64,000 nt of DNA from an uncultured Ignavibacteria bacterium (GTDB lineage: Bacteria > Zixibacteria > MSB-5A5 > DSPP01): positions 78,384 to 142,383 of the forward strand of contig CAZSIT010000003.1 of NCBI GenBank assembly GCA_964607165.1. Direction: 5' to 3'. A program made the translations under genes and the position numbers. Positions 19,867 through 26,566 of the stretch are shown piece after piece; position 1 is the stretch's first letter; every line of letters starts with the position of its first letter. The notes below the pieces were generated by a model that was given only the letters and a program-made list of their open reading frames with translations, did not search any database and was not told the DNA's origin.

Positions 19867-21306
19867 TTAACAGGGAAACGGATTGCCCAAAAAGACGGTG
19901 TTGAGCAGAATCACCGGGTCGGGAGGGTTGGGAGTGCCGGAGCAGTCGAAATCGCAGGCGGCTGTGCCGGCAGGGGGGGCGATTCCCAGAAAAACGCAAT
20001 TCAACAACAGCACCACGTCGGCGGAGGTTAAAACGCCATCGCCATTCAAATCTCCTCTCAAAAAAATTATCCGGCGCAATGAGCCTGTGTTGGGAGCAAA
20101 GTTGATAAACTGTTGGAGCCAATATAGTGCCCCGTCCGGGCCGACTTGAAAATCGCCGCCGGAAACCAGGCCGGCGGCCCAGGTGGTGTCATTGGGTTGT
20201 CCCGGCACGGGAGGGGCAAAATTCCAGACCGAGCCCGATTTTTTAATCCGGCGCATAAAACCCTGATAGTAGTCGATGTAAAAATAGTCGCTGTTGTATT
20301 CCGCCGGAAAGTTGTAAAAATTAGGCCCGTTTGTGGGGCGATATAAACCGGCGGAGATTATCGAGGCGGTGAATCCCGAGCGGTCGTAATAGATAATCGG
20401 CGCAATAAAGCTTCCGTTGCCTGAACCGCCCGGTTCGCTACATCCGCCGACCACACGCACCATAGGACCTTCCCTAAACGGCCAGCCAAAGTTTTCGCCG
20501 CCGGAACATTCGTCGGCTTCTTCATAGTTGTTCTGACCGACGTCAGCGATGTAAAGCTTACCGGTTTGGGGGTCAACGTTAAAACGGAACGGATTGCGCA
20601 GGCCGCAGCACCAGGCCAGCCGGGCGTTATCTGAACCGGGGAAAGGATTATCGGACGGAATCAACAATGATTTGAGGGCTGGACCGCTGCCGGGTTGGGG
20701 CAGGCTATCCACCGAAATACGCAGAATCACTCCTTTGAGTGAACTGGAATCCTGCGCTTTACAAAAATCGGCATCTTCTCCCAGCGAAGCGTAGAGCCGT
20801 CCATCCGTGCCAAAGCGCAAGGTCCCGCCGTTGTGATTGCTGGCGTTGTCGGGAATATCGGTGATGATGTTATAGCGGCTTCCCAGAGAAAGATTGTGAC
20901 TGTTCGGATTGGACAAATCCCCGGTAGCGGTGAACATCGCGATGTAAATCGTAGAGGTGCCGGTGTGGTCGAAATAGACGTAAACATACGGTCGGGACGG
21001 CCACTGGGGATCAATGGCAATGCCCAAAAGCCCTTGCTCGTTACCGATCGTATTCACGTCCGCAATCGTTGTAATCGGGTCGGTGGTGCTTATCGCTCCA
21101 TTAACCACCATCCGGATTTTTCTGGTTTTCTGCTCGGTGAAAAGTATCCGCCCATCCGGCAGAAAAGCGAAAGAGGATGGCTGGGATAAACCGGGTTCGA
21201 TTACCTGATCGTAAAAACCGGTAGGGACGGTGGCGGCGGTTAAAAAACTTTTAAGACAAAAGACGAGAATAACAGTTGTGCTGAAGATTCCAGTTGTCTT
21301 TTTCAT
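19867..21306 (-). CDS. PQQ-dependent (soluble glucose/sorbosone-type) sugar dehydrogenase with dockerin-like C-terminal module
   Basis: Signal peptide. Blocks ..[11 protein letters not shown].., ..[15 protein letters not shown].. and ..[29 protein letters not shown].. are typical of the SGDH beta-propeller. C-terminus is [46 protein letters not shown]. Confidence 0.88.
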   Translation of the reverse strand: MKKTTGIFSTTVILVFCLKSFLTAATVPTGFYDQVIEPGLSQPSSFAFLPDGRILFTEQKTRKIRMVVNGAISTTDPITTIADVNTIGNEQGLLGIAIDPQWPSRPYVYVYFDHTGTSTIYIAMFTATGDLSNPNSHNLSLGSRYNIITDIPDNASNHNGGTLRFGTDGRLYASLGEDADFCKAQDSSSLKGVILRISVDSLPQPGSGPALKSLLIPSDNPFPGSDNARLAWCCGLRNPFRFNVDPQTGKLYIADVGQNNYEEADECSGGENFGWPFREGPMVRVVGGCSEPGGSGNGSFIAPIIYYDRSGFTASIISAGLYRPTNGPNFYNFPAEYNSDYFYIDYYQGFMRRIKKSGSVWNFAPPVPGQPNDTTWAAGLVSGGDFQVGPDGALYWLQQFINFAPNTGSLRRIIFLRGDLNGDGVLTSADVVLLLNCVFLGIAPPAGTAACDFDCSGTPNPPDPVILLNTVFLGNPFPC

Positions 21307-21348
21307 AAAACTTTATACGGTGGAAAATTGGATTGGTTGAAAATTAAA

Positions 21349-22171
21349 TCAGCAGGGAAACGGTTGCCCAAAGAAGATTGCGAGCAATTCAAGAACCACG
21401 TCCGCCGGAGTGAACAGCCCATCACAATTCACGTCACACAATTCCGTGCCGCCTTCTGGGGGAATGCCCAGAAAAGTACAGTTCATAAGCAAAATTGCAT
21501 CTTCGGCAGTCAAAGCACCATCCATATTCAAGTCACCTTTGTTTACGACCGTAATAACGCCTTTGACGAAGTTGACGGGTACGTCGGTGCCTTGCGAATC
21601 GATGAAACGAATAATTCTGGTCGGTAAACCGACCACCGAATCCAATGTATTCCGAGGAATTGTCACAGAATCTAACTCAAATTGGCCTGGGAAGGATAGT
21701 ATTGTATCAAATTTGATGTCAACAAATGGCAGGCGGCTGGGGTTAGGGCCAATCGGAGGTGAATCAATCCCCGGCTCAGCTATGGTTGTGATACCAAAGC
21801 TGTCAGGACTATTGCTATGATAGTAGGAAAAATTGGGAATTCTGGTCGGAAAAGTCGGCTCACCAAAAGGCCCCGGCGGAATCAGAAAGTTAAAAACCCC
21901 TGAAAAAAATCTTGTGTCGCTGCAATTAACAATGCGGGAGAGAGTAGCATAGGCCCCGGCGGAAATCGACTTTGTTACTATGAGGTAGAATAATCATGCT
22001 CACACTATCTTTGTTTGTAATCCAGACCCGCACTTTCAGCACTGCCGATTGGCACGGCCCGGCCTCGGGGAAAACAGTTTTGGATTCGATGATGATGGAA
22101 TCGCGGGGGTCGGGGGTGGCGGAGGCAATAGTTGCCCCCAAGAGAATTAAACCGGCGAGGAGGGTTTTCAT
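21349..22171 (-). pseudogene. Frameshifted paralog of the 22305-23093 gene (cohesin-like + dockerin-like protein)
   Basis: The N-terminal ORF 21926-22171 matches the neighbour in its first 34 aa. The homologous reading frame continues in another frame (..AYATLSRIVNCSDTRFF...NFVKGVITVVNKGDLNMDG...FGQPFPC). A one-nt indel near 21970 is inferred by hand alignment. Confidence 0.7.
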
Positions 22172-22191
22172 CTTCGGCTTTTCCTTTCCGA

Positions 22192-22223
22192 CTAAAGGTA
22201 AGCGTGAACAGGAGTTTAGTCAA
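22192..22223 (-). promoter_or_regulatory. Candidate promoter of the frameshifted copy (TTGACT-17 nt-TACCTTTAG)
   Basis: On the minus strand: TTGACT, 17-nt spacer, then TAccTTTag, which resembles the TAnnTTTG -7 box. About 20 nt upstream of ATG 22171. Confidence 0.35.
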
Positions 22224-22255
22224 GGAATTTCGGAAACTTTTTGGTGTGTGGTAGT

Positions 22256-22271
22256 CGAGGCTTTAGCCTCG
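22256..22271. repeat. GC hairpin CGAGGC-ttta-GCCTCG in duplicated spacer
   Basis: Perfect 6-bp stem with 4-nt loop. T-run follows on the plus strand, A-run precedes on the minus strand. Confidence 0.6.
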
Positions 22272-22304
22272 GATTTTTCTAAGAAAGGGGGAGGGGTTGG
22301 AAAA

Positions 22305-23093
22305 TCAGCAGGGAAACGGTTGCCCAAAGAAGATTGCGAGCAATTCAAGAACCACGTCCGCCGGAGTGGATAGCCCATCGCAGTTCACGTCGCATAGTTC
22401 AACCCCGCCGTCCGGCGGGATGCCTAGAAAGGTGCAATTCAAAAGCAACACTCCATCTTCTGCAGTCAAAGTGCCATCCATATTCAAGTCACCTCTGTTA
22501 ACAACAGTGATTGTGCCTTTGACGAAGTTGACATTGACTGTTTTGCCCTGAAGGGTAATGAACTCAATCGTTCTATTGGGTGGAATGGTTACTGAATCCA
22601 ATTCAAATTGGCCGGGGAATGAAAAAACAGTGTCGAATTTGATATTCAACAGAGGAGTACGGGTAAGAGTGGGTGGTAATTCACTGCACTCAATCGGGTC
22701 ATAAGTTCCCGTGAACATGAACGAGTCGGGCGGGTTGCTATGGTAACGTGAAAAATCGGGGACACGGTTTCCCAACGGCGGACAGTCACTGGCGTCGGGC
22801 GGGTACAGGAATTCAAAGACGGTTGAGCTGACCCTCGTTGCGCTACAATTGGCTGGGCGAGAAATTGTGGCGTAGGCATTGCCGGTTAAGGTTTTTGACT
22901 CGAAAGGAAGAGTGACATTGCCTAAGGTATCCTTGTTGGTAATCCAAACGCGCACTTTCAACACGGCCGATTGACACGGCCCGGCTTTGGAAAAAACAGT
23001 TTTGGATTCGATGATAATAGAGTCGCGGGGGTCGGGGGTGGCGGAGGCAATAGTTGCCCCCAAGAGAATTAAACCGGCGAGGAGGGTTTTCAT
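22305..23093 (-). CDS. Secreted protein: cohesin-like N-terminal beta-sandwich (inferred) + dockerin-like C-terminal module
   Basis: Signal peptide MKTLLAGLILLGATIASA. ..IIIESKTVFSKAGPCQSAVLKVRVWITNKD..VTLPFE.. and ..LLNIKFDTVFSFPGQFELDSVTIP..VNVNFVKGTITV resemble the first and last strands of cohesins. C-terminus is GDLNMDGTLTAEDGVLLLNCTFLG..CDVNCDGLSTPADVVLELLAIFFGQPFPC. Confidence 0.8.
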   Translation of the reverse strand: MKTLLAGLILLGATIASATPDPRDSIIIESKTVFSKAGPCQSAVLKVRVWITNKDTLGNVTLPFESKTLTGNAYATISRPANCSATRVSSTVFEFLYPPDASDCPPLGNRVPDFSRYHSNPPDSFMFTGTYDPIECSELPPTLTRTPLLNIKFDTVFSFPGQFELDSVTIPPNRTIEFITLQGKTVNVNFVKGTITVVNRGDLNMDGTLTAEDGVLLLNCTFLGIPPDGGVELCDVNCDGLSTPADVVLELLAIFFGQPFPC

Positions 23094-23113
23094 CTTCGGC
23101 TTTTCCTTTCCGA

Positions 23114-23145
23114 CTAAAGGTAAGCGTGAACAGGAGTTTAGTCAA
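23114..23145 (-). promoter_or_regulatory. Candidate promoter of 22305-23093 gene (TTGACT-17 nt-TACCTTTAG)
   Basis: Identical to the element at 22192-22223. Confidence 0.35.
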
Positions 23146-23176
23146 GGAATTTCGGAAACTTTTTGGTGTGTGGTAG

Positions 23177-23194
23177 CCGAGGCTTTAGCCTCGG
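23177..23194. repeat. GC hairpin CCGAGGC-ttta-GCCTCGG in duplicated spacer
   Basis: 7-bp stem. Copy of the 22256-22271 hairpin with one substitution that lengthens the stem. Confidence 0.6.
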
Positions 23195-23226
23195 GTTTTT
23201 CTAGGAAAGGGGGAGGGGTTGGAAAA

Positions 23227-24843
23227 TCAGCAGGGAAAAAGCGTTCCCAGGAAAATGACGTTTAGCATAACCACAATATCGGATGAGGTGGCAAGGCCAT
23301 CGCAGTTGACGTCGCAAAAAGCAAAGCCCGACTGCGGCTCGATTCCCAAAAAGATGCAGTTTAAGGCCAGCACTACGTCAACGGGACTTAAGGCGCCATC
23401 GCCGTTCAAATCGCCTTTGATACCATTAAAATTGAGATAACAACGGGAAGTGGCCCCGCAAAGGTCGGTGATTTGGACGCAGGCAGAGAAAATCCCGGTT
23501 TGAAAAGAAGTCGGCGTCCACTGCACCAAACCGGAAGGAGAAACGGTCAAGCCGTTTGGGCCGGAAAGGAGCGTGAAAGTTAGATTCCCGGCGTCGGCAG
23601 GGTCGGGGTCGCTTCCATTGAGCTGTAGTGAGAGAGGAACGTTGGGCGGAGCAGAGATAGCACTACTTGGGCAGTTGGATACGGTTGGGGCGGCATTGGT
23701 CACCACCAATTGAAATTCGCAGGTGTCGGCAGCCGGGCCGGGATTGCAGCTTCCAAAGCGGTCAAAAACTTTTACTCTAACGGTTTGGGGCGAAGCGGTA
23801 ATATCGGTGCAGGAAGTTTGGTAAGACCAGTTGCCGGAAGAATTAGTCGTCCCCGGGCCGTTTAATTGGACAGTGGTAAGCACATCGCTGGCGTCCGGGT
23901 CGGAAAGCACAAGCTGGTTGGTTGCCAAAGCGCCGTGAGAAAAAGTTATCGTTGCCGGGGTAGAGCACACGGGAGGGTTGTCTATCACGTTTAAACTAAA
24001 AGAACATTCTGCGGCGATGCTGGAAGGATTGCAGCCTCCGCAGTCGCCGATGGCGCGCACGGTAATCGGAATGCGGCCAAGAGGACACTGGCCGGAGAAA
24101 CCGTAAAGACCGCTCGATAGATTAATCGTTCCCGGTCCGGAAACGACCGACCAAGTGACCGGGCTGCAGGGAGTGTCGAAGTCATAACTGAAAGTCCGCC
24201 CGTAAAGGAGATTGGAAGAGGCGGGACAATTTGGTGGAACATAGGGTGAAGCAGGGTTGCAAACGTTTATGAAACCTTTGACAAAGCTAACTTCGATTTT
24301 GTTGCCGTTCCGGTCAACAAATTGGATAGTGGAGGCGGGAGCAATTAAGGAGGAATCCAATTGCACCTGTCCCAGGCCGGAGGCGCCGACCGAATCAAAT
24401 TTGATATCCAGGAGCGGAACTCTGGTTGCGTTTTGTGGAACCTTAGAAGCGGCGTCAGTAGGGTCGTGGGTGCCGGCCCAGAGAAAAGTATCGGGGGAGT
24501 TGCTGTGGTAGTTGTTAAAATTTCCAATTCGAGTGGGAAGCTGCCCGGCCGGGAGCAAAATGTCAAATACCGCCGCCGCGGTGCGTGCGCCGCAGCCAGC
24601 TGGCCGAGAAAGCGTTGCATAGCCCGCCCCGGCGGTGATTTTCGATTCAAGTGGCAGAGTAATATTTGCCAACGAATCTTTGTTGGTGATATAGACTCTG
24701 ATTTTCAGTCCGGCCGAAGCGCAAGCGCCGCTTATCGGCTGCACGGTTTTGGATTCGATGATGACCGAATCGCGGAAGTCGGGATAAGATTTTGCAATGG
24801 TTGTTAAAGCAAGCAGGAAAAGCACCGTCAGCCCGATTTTCAT
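23227..24843 (-). CDS. Secreted protein: cohesin-like N-domain + Cys-rich Ig-like (He_PIG/cadherin-like) repeats + dockerin-like C-terminal module
   Basis: The N-terminal 190 aa are paralogous to 22305-23093 (..FRDSVIIESKTVQPISGACASAGLKIRVYITNKDSLANITLPLESK.., ..LLDIKFDSV..IEVSFVKGFINV). Middle repeats carry ..LLSGPNGLTVSPSGLVQWTP... C-terminus is GDLNGDGALSPVDVVLALNCIFLG..CDVNCDGLATSSDIVVMLNVIFLGTLFPC. Confidence 0.85.
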   Translation of the reverse strand: MKIGLTVLFLLALTTIAKSYPDFRDSVIIESKTVQPISGACASAGLKIRVYITNKDSLANITLPLESKITAGAGYATLSRPAGCGARTAAAVFDILLPAGQLPTRIGNFNNYHSNSPDTFLWAGTHDPTDAASKVPQNATRVPLLDIKFDSVGASGLGQVQLDSSLIAPASTIQFVDRNGNKIEVSFVKGFINVCNPASPYVPPNCPASSNLLYGRTFSYDFDTPCSPVTWSVVSGPGTINLSSGLYGFSGQCPLGRIPITVRAIGDCGGCNPSSIAAECSFSLNVIDNPPVCSTPATITFSHGALATNQLVLSDPDASDVLTTVQLNGPGTTNSSGNWSYQTSCTDITASPQTVRVKVFDRFGSCNPGPAADTCEFQLVVTNAAPTVSNCPSSAISAPPNVPLSLQLNGSDPDPADAGNLTFTLLSGPNGLTVSPSGLVQWTPTSFQTGIFSACVQITDLCGATSRCYLNFNGIKGDLNGDGALSPVDVVLALNCIFLGIEPQSGFAFCDVNCDGLATSSDIVVMLNVIFLGTLFPC

Positions 24844-24937
24844 AGCAGTTTTTTCTCCAGAGCCAAACTACGCTGGCGGGGAATTAAAGTCAAGCTTTAA
24901 TGAGAAATGTAAACGTTGTGGTTTGACCCCCTCTTAG

Positions 24938-24962
24938 TCTCCCCCTTAAATACAGGGGGAGA
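24938..24962. repeat. REP-like perfect hairpin TCTCCCCCT-taaatac-AGGGGGAGA
   Basis: 9-bp perfect stem read directly, in an ORF-poor spacer. Confidence 0.55.
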
Positions 24963-25259
24963 GAATGAGTTTGTCTGGGACTAAAGCCTCGACTCACAAT
25001 AGGAGTTTAATAAGTAGGTGAAAAAAAGAGGCCTTGGCAGCGCCCCCCGCACCTTTCTTAGCTTTGGGTTTTCCTTGTGTCATCCCTAATCTGAATCCCC
25101 CGGCCCAAAGCATCCCCCGTGGTGCACAAGCCGCCAAGGCCTGTATTTTTTGTATCGGCAGGATTGAGAAATGGTTAACTCTGGAGCGATGTGCGGGTTA
25201 CAAAAACCCCTGGCCGGGCAGGCAACCTGCACTACGAAACTCCACGTTGTGGTGAGGAA

Positions 25260-25281
25260 GGGCAACCACAGGGGGTTGCCC
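25260..25281. repeat. REP-like hairpin GGGCAACC-acaggg-GGTTGCCC
   Basis: 8-bp perfect stem followed by ctacggaTTTGTTTTT. Confidence 0.55.
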
Positions 25282-25303
25282 CTACGGATTTGTTTTTGGG
25301 TAG

Positions 25304-25323
25304 GGGCGGTTCGCGAACCGCCC
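25304..25323. repeat. REP-like 20-nt perfect palindrome GGGCGGTTCG/CGAACCGCCC
   Basis: Read directly. GC-rich palindrome with no loop. Confidence 0.55.
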
Positions 25324-25354
25324 TTGTGGCGTGCACCTACAAAAAGACGGGGTG

Positions 25355-25382
25355 AGGAGAAATGCGGCATTGAAAATGCCGC
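25355..25382 (-). terminator. Probable intrinsic terminator of the 25418-26392 gene
   Basis: On the minus strand: GCGGCATT-ttc-AATGCCGC followed by ATTTCTCCTC, about 35 nt after the stop codon. Confidence 0.5.
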
Positions 25383-25417
25383 CTGCTAATAGAAAGAATT
25401 TTCGGAAACGATTTACG

Positions 25418-26392
25418 TTACAGGCTGGCGGAGGAATTCAGGGGGCAGCCGTCGCCGTCCACCTTGGTTCCGCGCGGAGTATCAGGACACAAATCCAACC
25501 GGTCGAGAATGCCGTCGGCATCCTGATCAATTGAGCAGCCGTCGGCATCCACCACTTCGCCGGGTCGCGTGTTGTTGTTCAAATCACGTTTGTCGGGGAC
25601 TCCGTCACCGTCCGAGTCGGCATCCTTGCCAAAGTAAAAGTTCAAACGGGTGTGGAAATTGGTGACGGCGTTGAAGAGCCCGTAGCCGTTTTTGCTTTTG
25701 ATGTTTTGGTCGCCTTGGAATTTTGAGAGGATTTTGGTGTTGTAATATAAATCCCCGCCAAAATCGAGGGCGACAAATTTGTTCAGGAAAATTTCCCCGC
25801 CGGCGCCGAAGGATAAAATTATGCGTTGGTCCTTTGCGGTGAAGATCTGGCCGTTCAAATCTTCCAGCATTTTCAGCTGTCCGGAAGCGTCGGTCATTTT
25901 CCAGCTGTTGTAGCCCAGCCCGAAACTTATATAATTATCAAATTTCCAGAACGAGCGGGAGGGGCGTTGGAGGGATAAAACGTAGAAGTTGTTGACCAGC
26001 CGTTCGGAGCTGTCGGTGGTGGCAAAGGTGAAACCGGCGGTTTGATTGGGGCCGATGCTTGCCCGGCGGGATTGAGCCTGGAAGTAATGGAAGGCAAGAG
26101 CCTGGTCGTTTAACTCCCGTTTGAGAATAAACCCTTTGGGAAAAGCGACCGTCCAGGCATCGGCGTTTTCGGTCAAAACCGGCTTGGAGAGGCCCGATTC
26201 CAGCGACAGAGCTGAATGGCCCAATAAAGTCGAATGCCAGGAGATAGCATTGGCAGATGAATTGGGCAAAAACAAGCCCAAAGCTGCCAGTATGGCCTGA
26301 AAAGCGTATCTGTTTATGCGTTTCTTCAGCACTCTATTAGCATTATCGGCCTTTTGGGGGTAAATTTTCACCCCTTTAGTTTCCGATACCAT
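25418..26392 (-). CDS. Outer-membrane protein with C-terminal thrombospondin type-3 (Ca-binding) repeats, lacking an OmpA_C domain
   Basis: Hydrophobic signal region (..AFQAILAALGLFLPNSSANA) and a beta-rich body. C-terminus is DADSDGDGVPDKRD..VVDADGCSIDQDADGILDRLDLCPDTPRGTKVDGDGCP. The true start may be internal (GTG 26332). Confidence 0.75.
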   Translation of the reverse strand: MVSETKGVKIYPQKADNANRVLKKRINRYAFQAILAALGLFLPNSSANAISWHSTLLGHSALSLESGLSKPVLTENADAWTVAFPKGFILKRELNDQALAFHYFQAQSRRASIGPNQTAGFTFATTDSSERLVNNFYVLSLQRPSRSFWKFDNYISFGLGYNSWKMTDASGQLKMLEDLNGQIFTAKDQRIILSFGAGGEIFLNKFVALDFGGDLYYNTKILSKFQGDQNIKSKNGYGLFNAVTNFHTRLNFYFGKDADSDGDGVPDKRDLNNNTRPGEVVDADGCSIDQDADGILDRLDLCPDTPRGTKVDGDGCPLNSSASL

Positions 26393-26566
26393 TAATAAAG
26401 GGCTTCGGTGGAGCCCCGGAAGGAGGGTGAGGTCGATTTTTTTACTTGCAACCAGCTTTTAACTTCGTATTATTGTGGGTGGGAGTGGTTGGAATTTTAC
26501 AGCAAGTGGTTGTCACCAACGAGTGTGATAGTTGATAATATCAGGGGTTATAGGTTTGGAGGATTG

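Larger units (their letters stand above)
21349..23226. repeat. Tandem duplication, period 922 bp (gene plus upstream spacer)
   Basis: Start codons 22171 and 23093 are 922 nt apart. The 133-nt spacers 22172-22304 and 23094-23226 differ at 3 positions by eye. The last ~64 nt before the stops (from 21349 and 22305) are identical. Confidence 0.9.

Noticed and set aside
21349-24843. I considered whether the repeated units could be a CRISPR array, a diversity-generating retroelement target or an invertible phase-variation cassette.
   Set aside because: The repeat period is 922 bp and protein-coding, so it is not CRISPR-like. No reverse transcriptase, template-repeat pair, recombinase or flanking inverted repeats are visible in the window. 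Only gene conversion between paralogs is supported.
25034-25534. Several 67-94-aa ORFs in the 24.8-25.4 kb spacer (e.g. ..VVRKGNHRGLPLRICFWVGAVREPPLW..).
   Set aside because: Their sequences are translations of the GC-rich palindromes. They overlap each other on both strands and have no SD.
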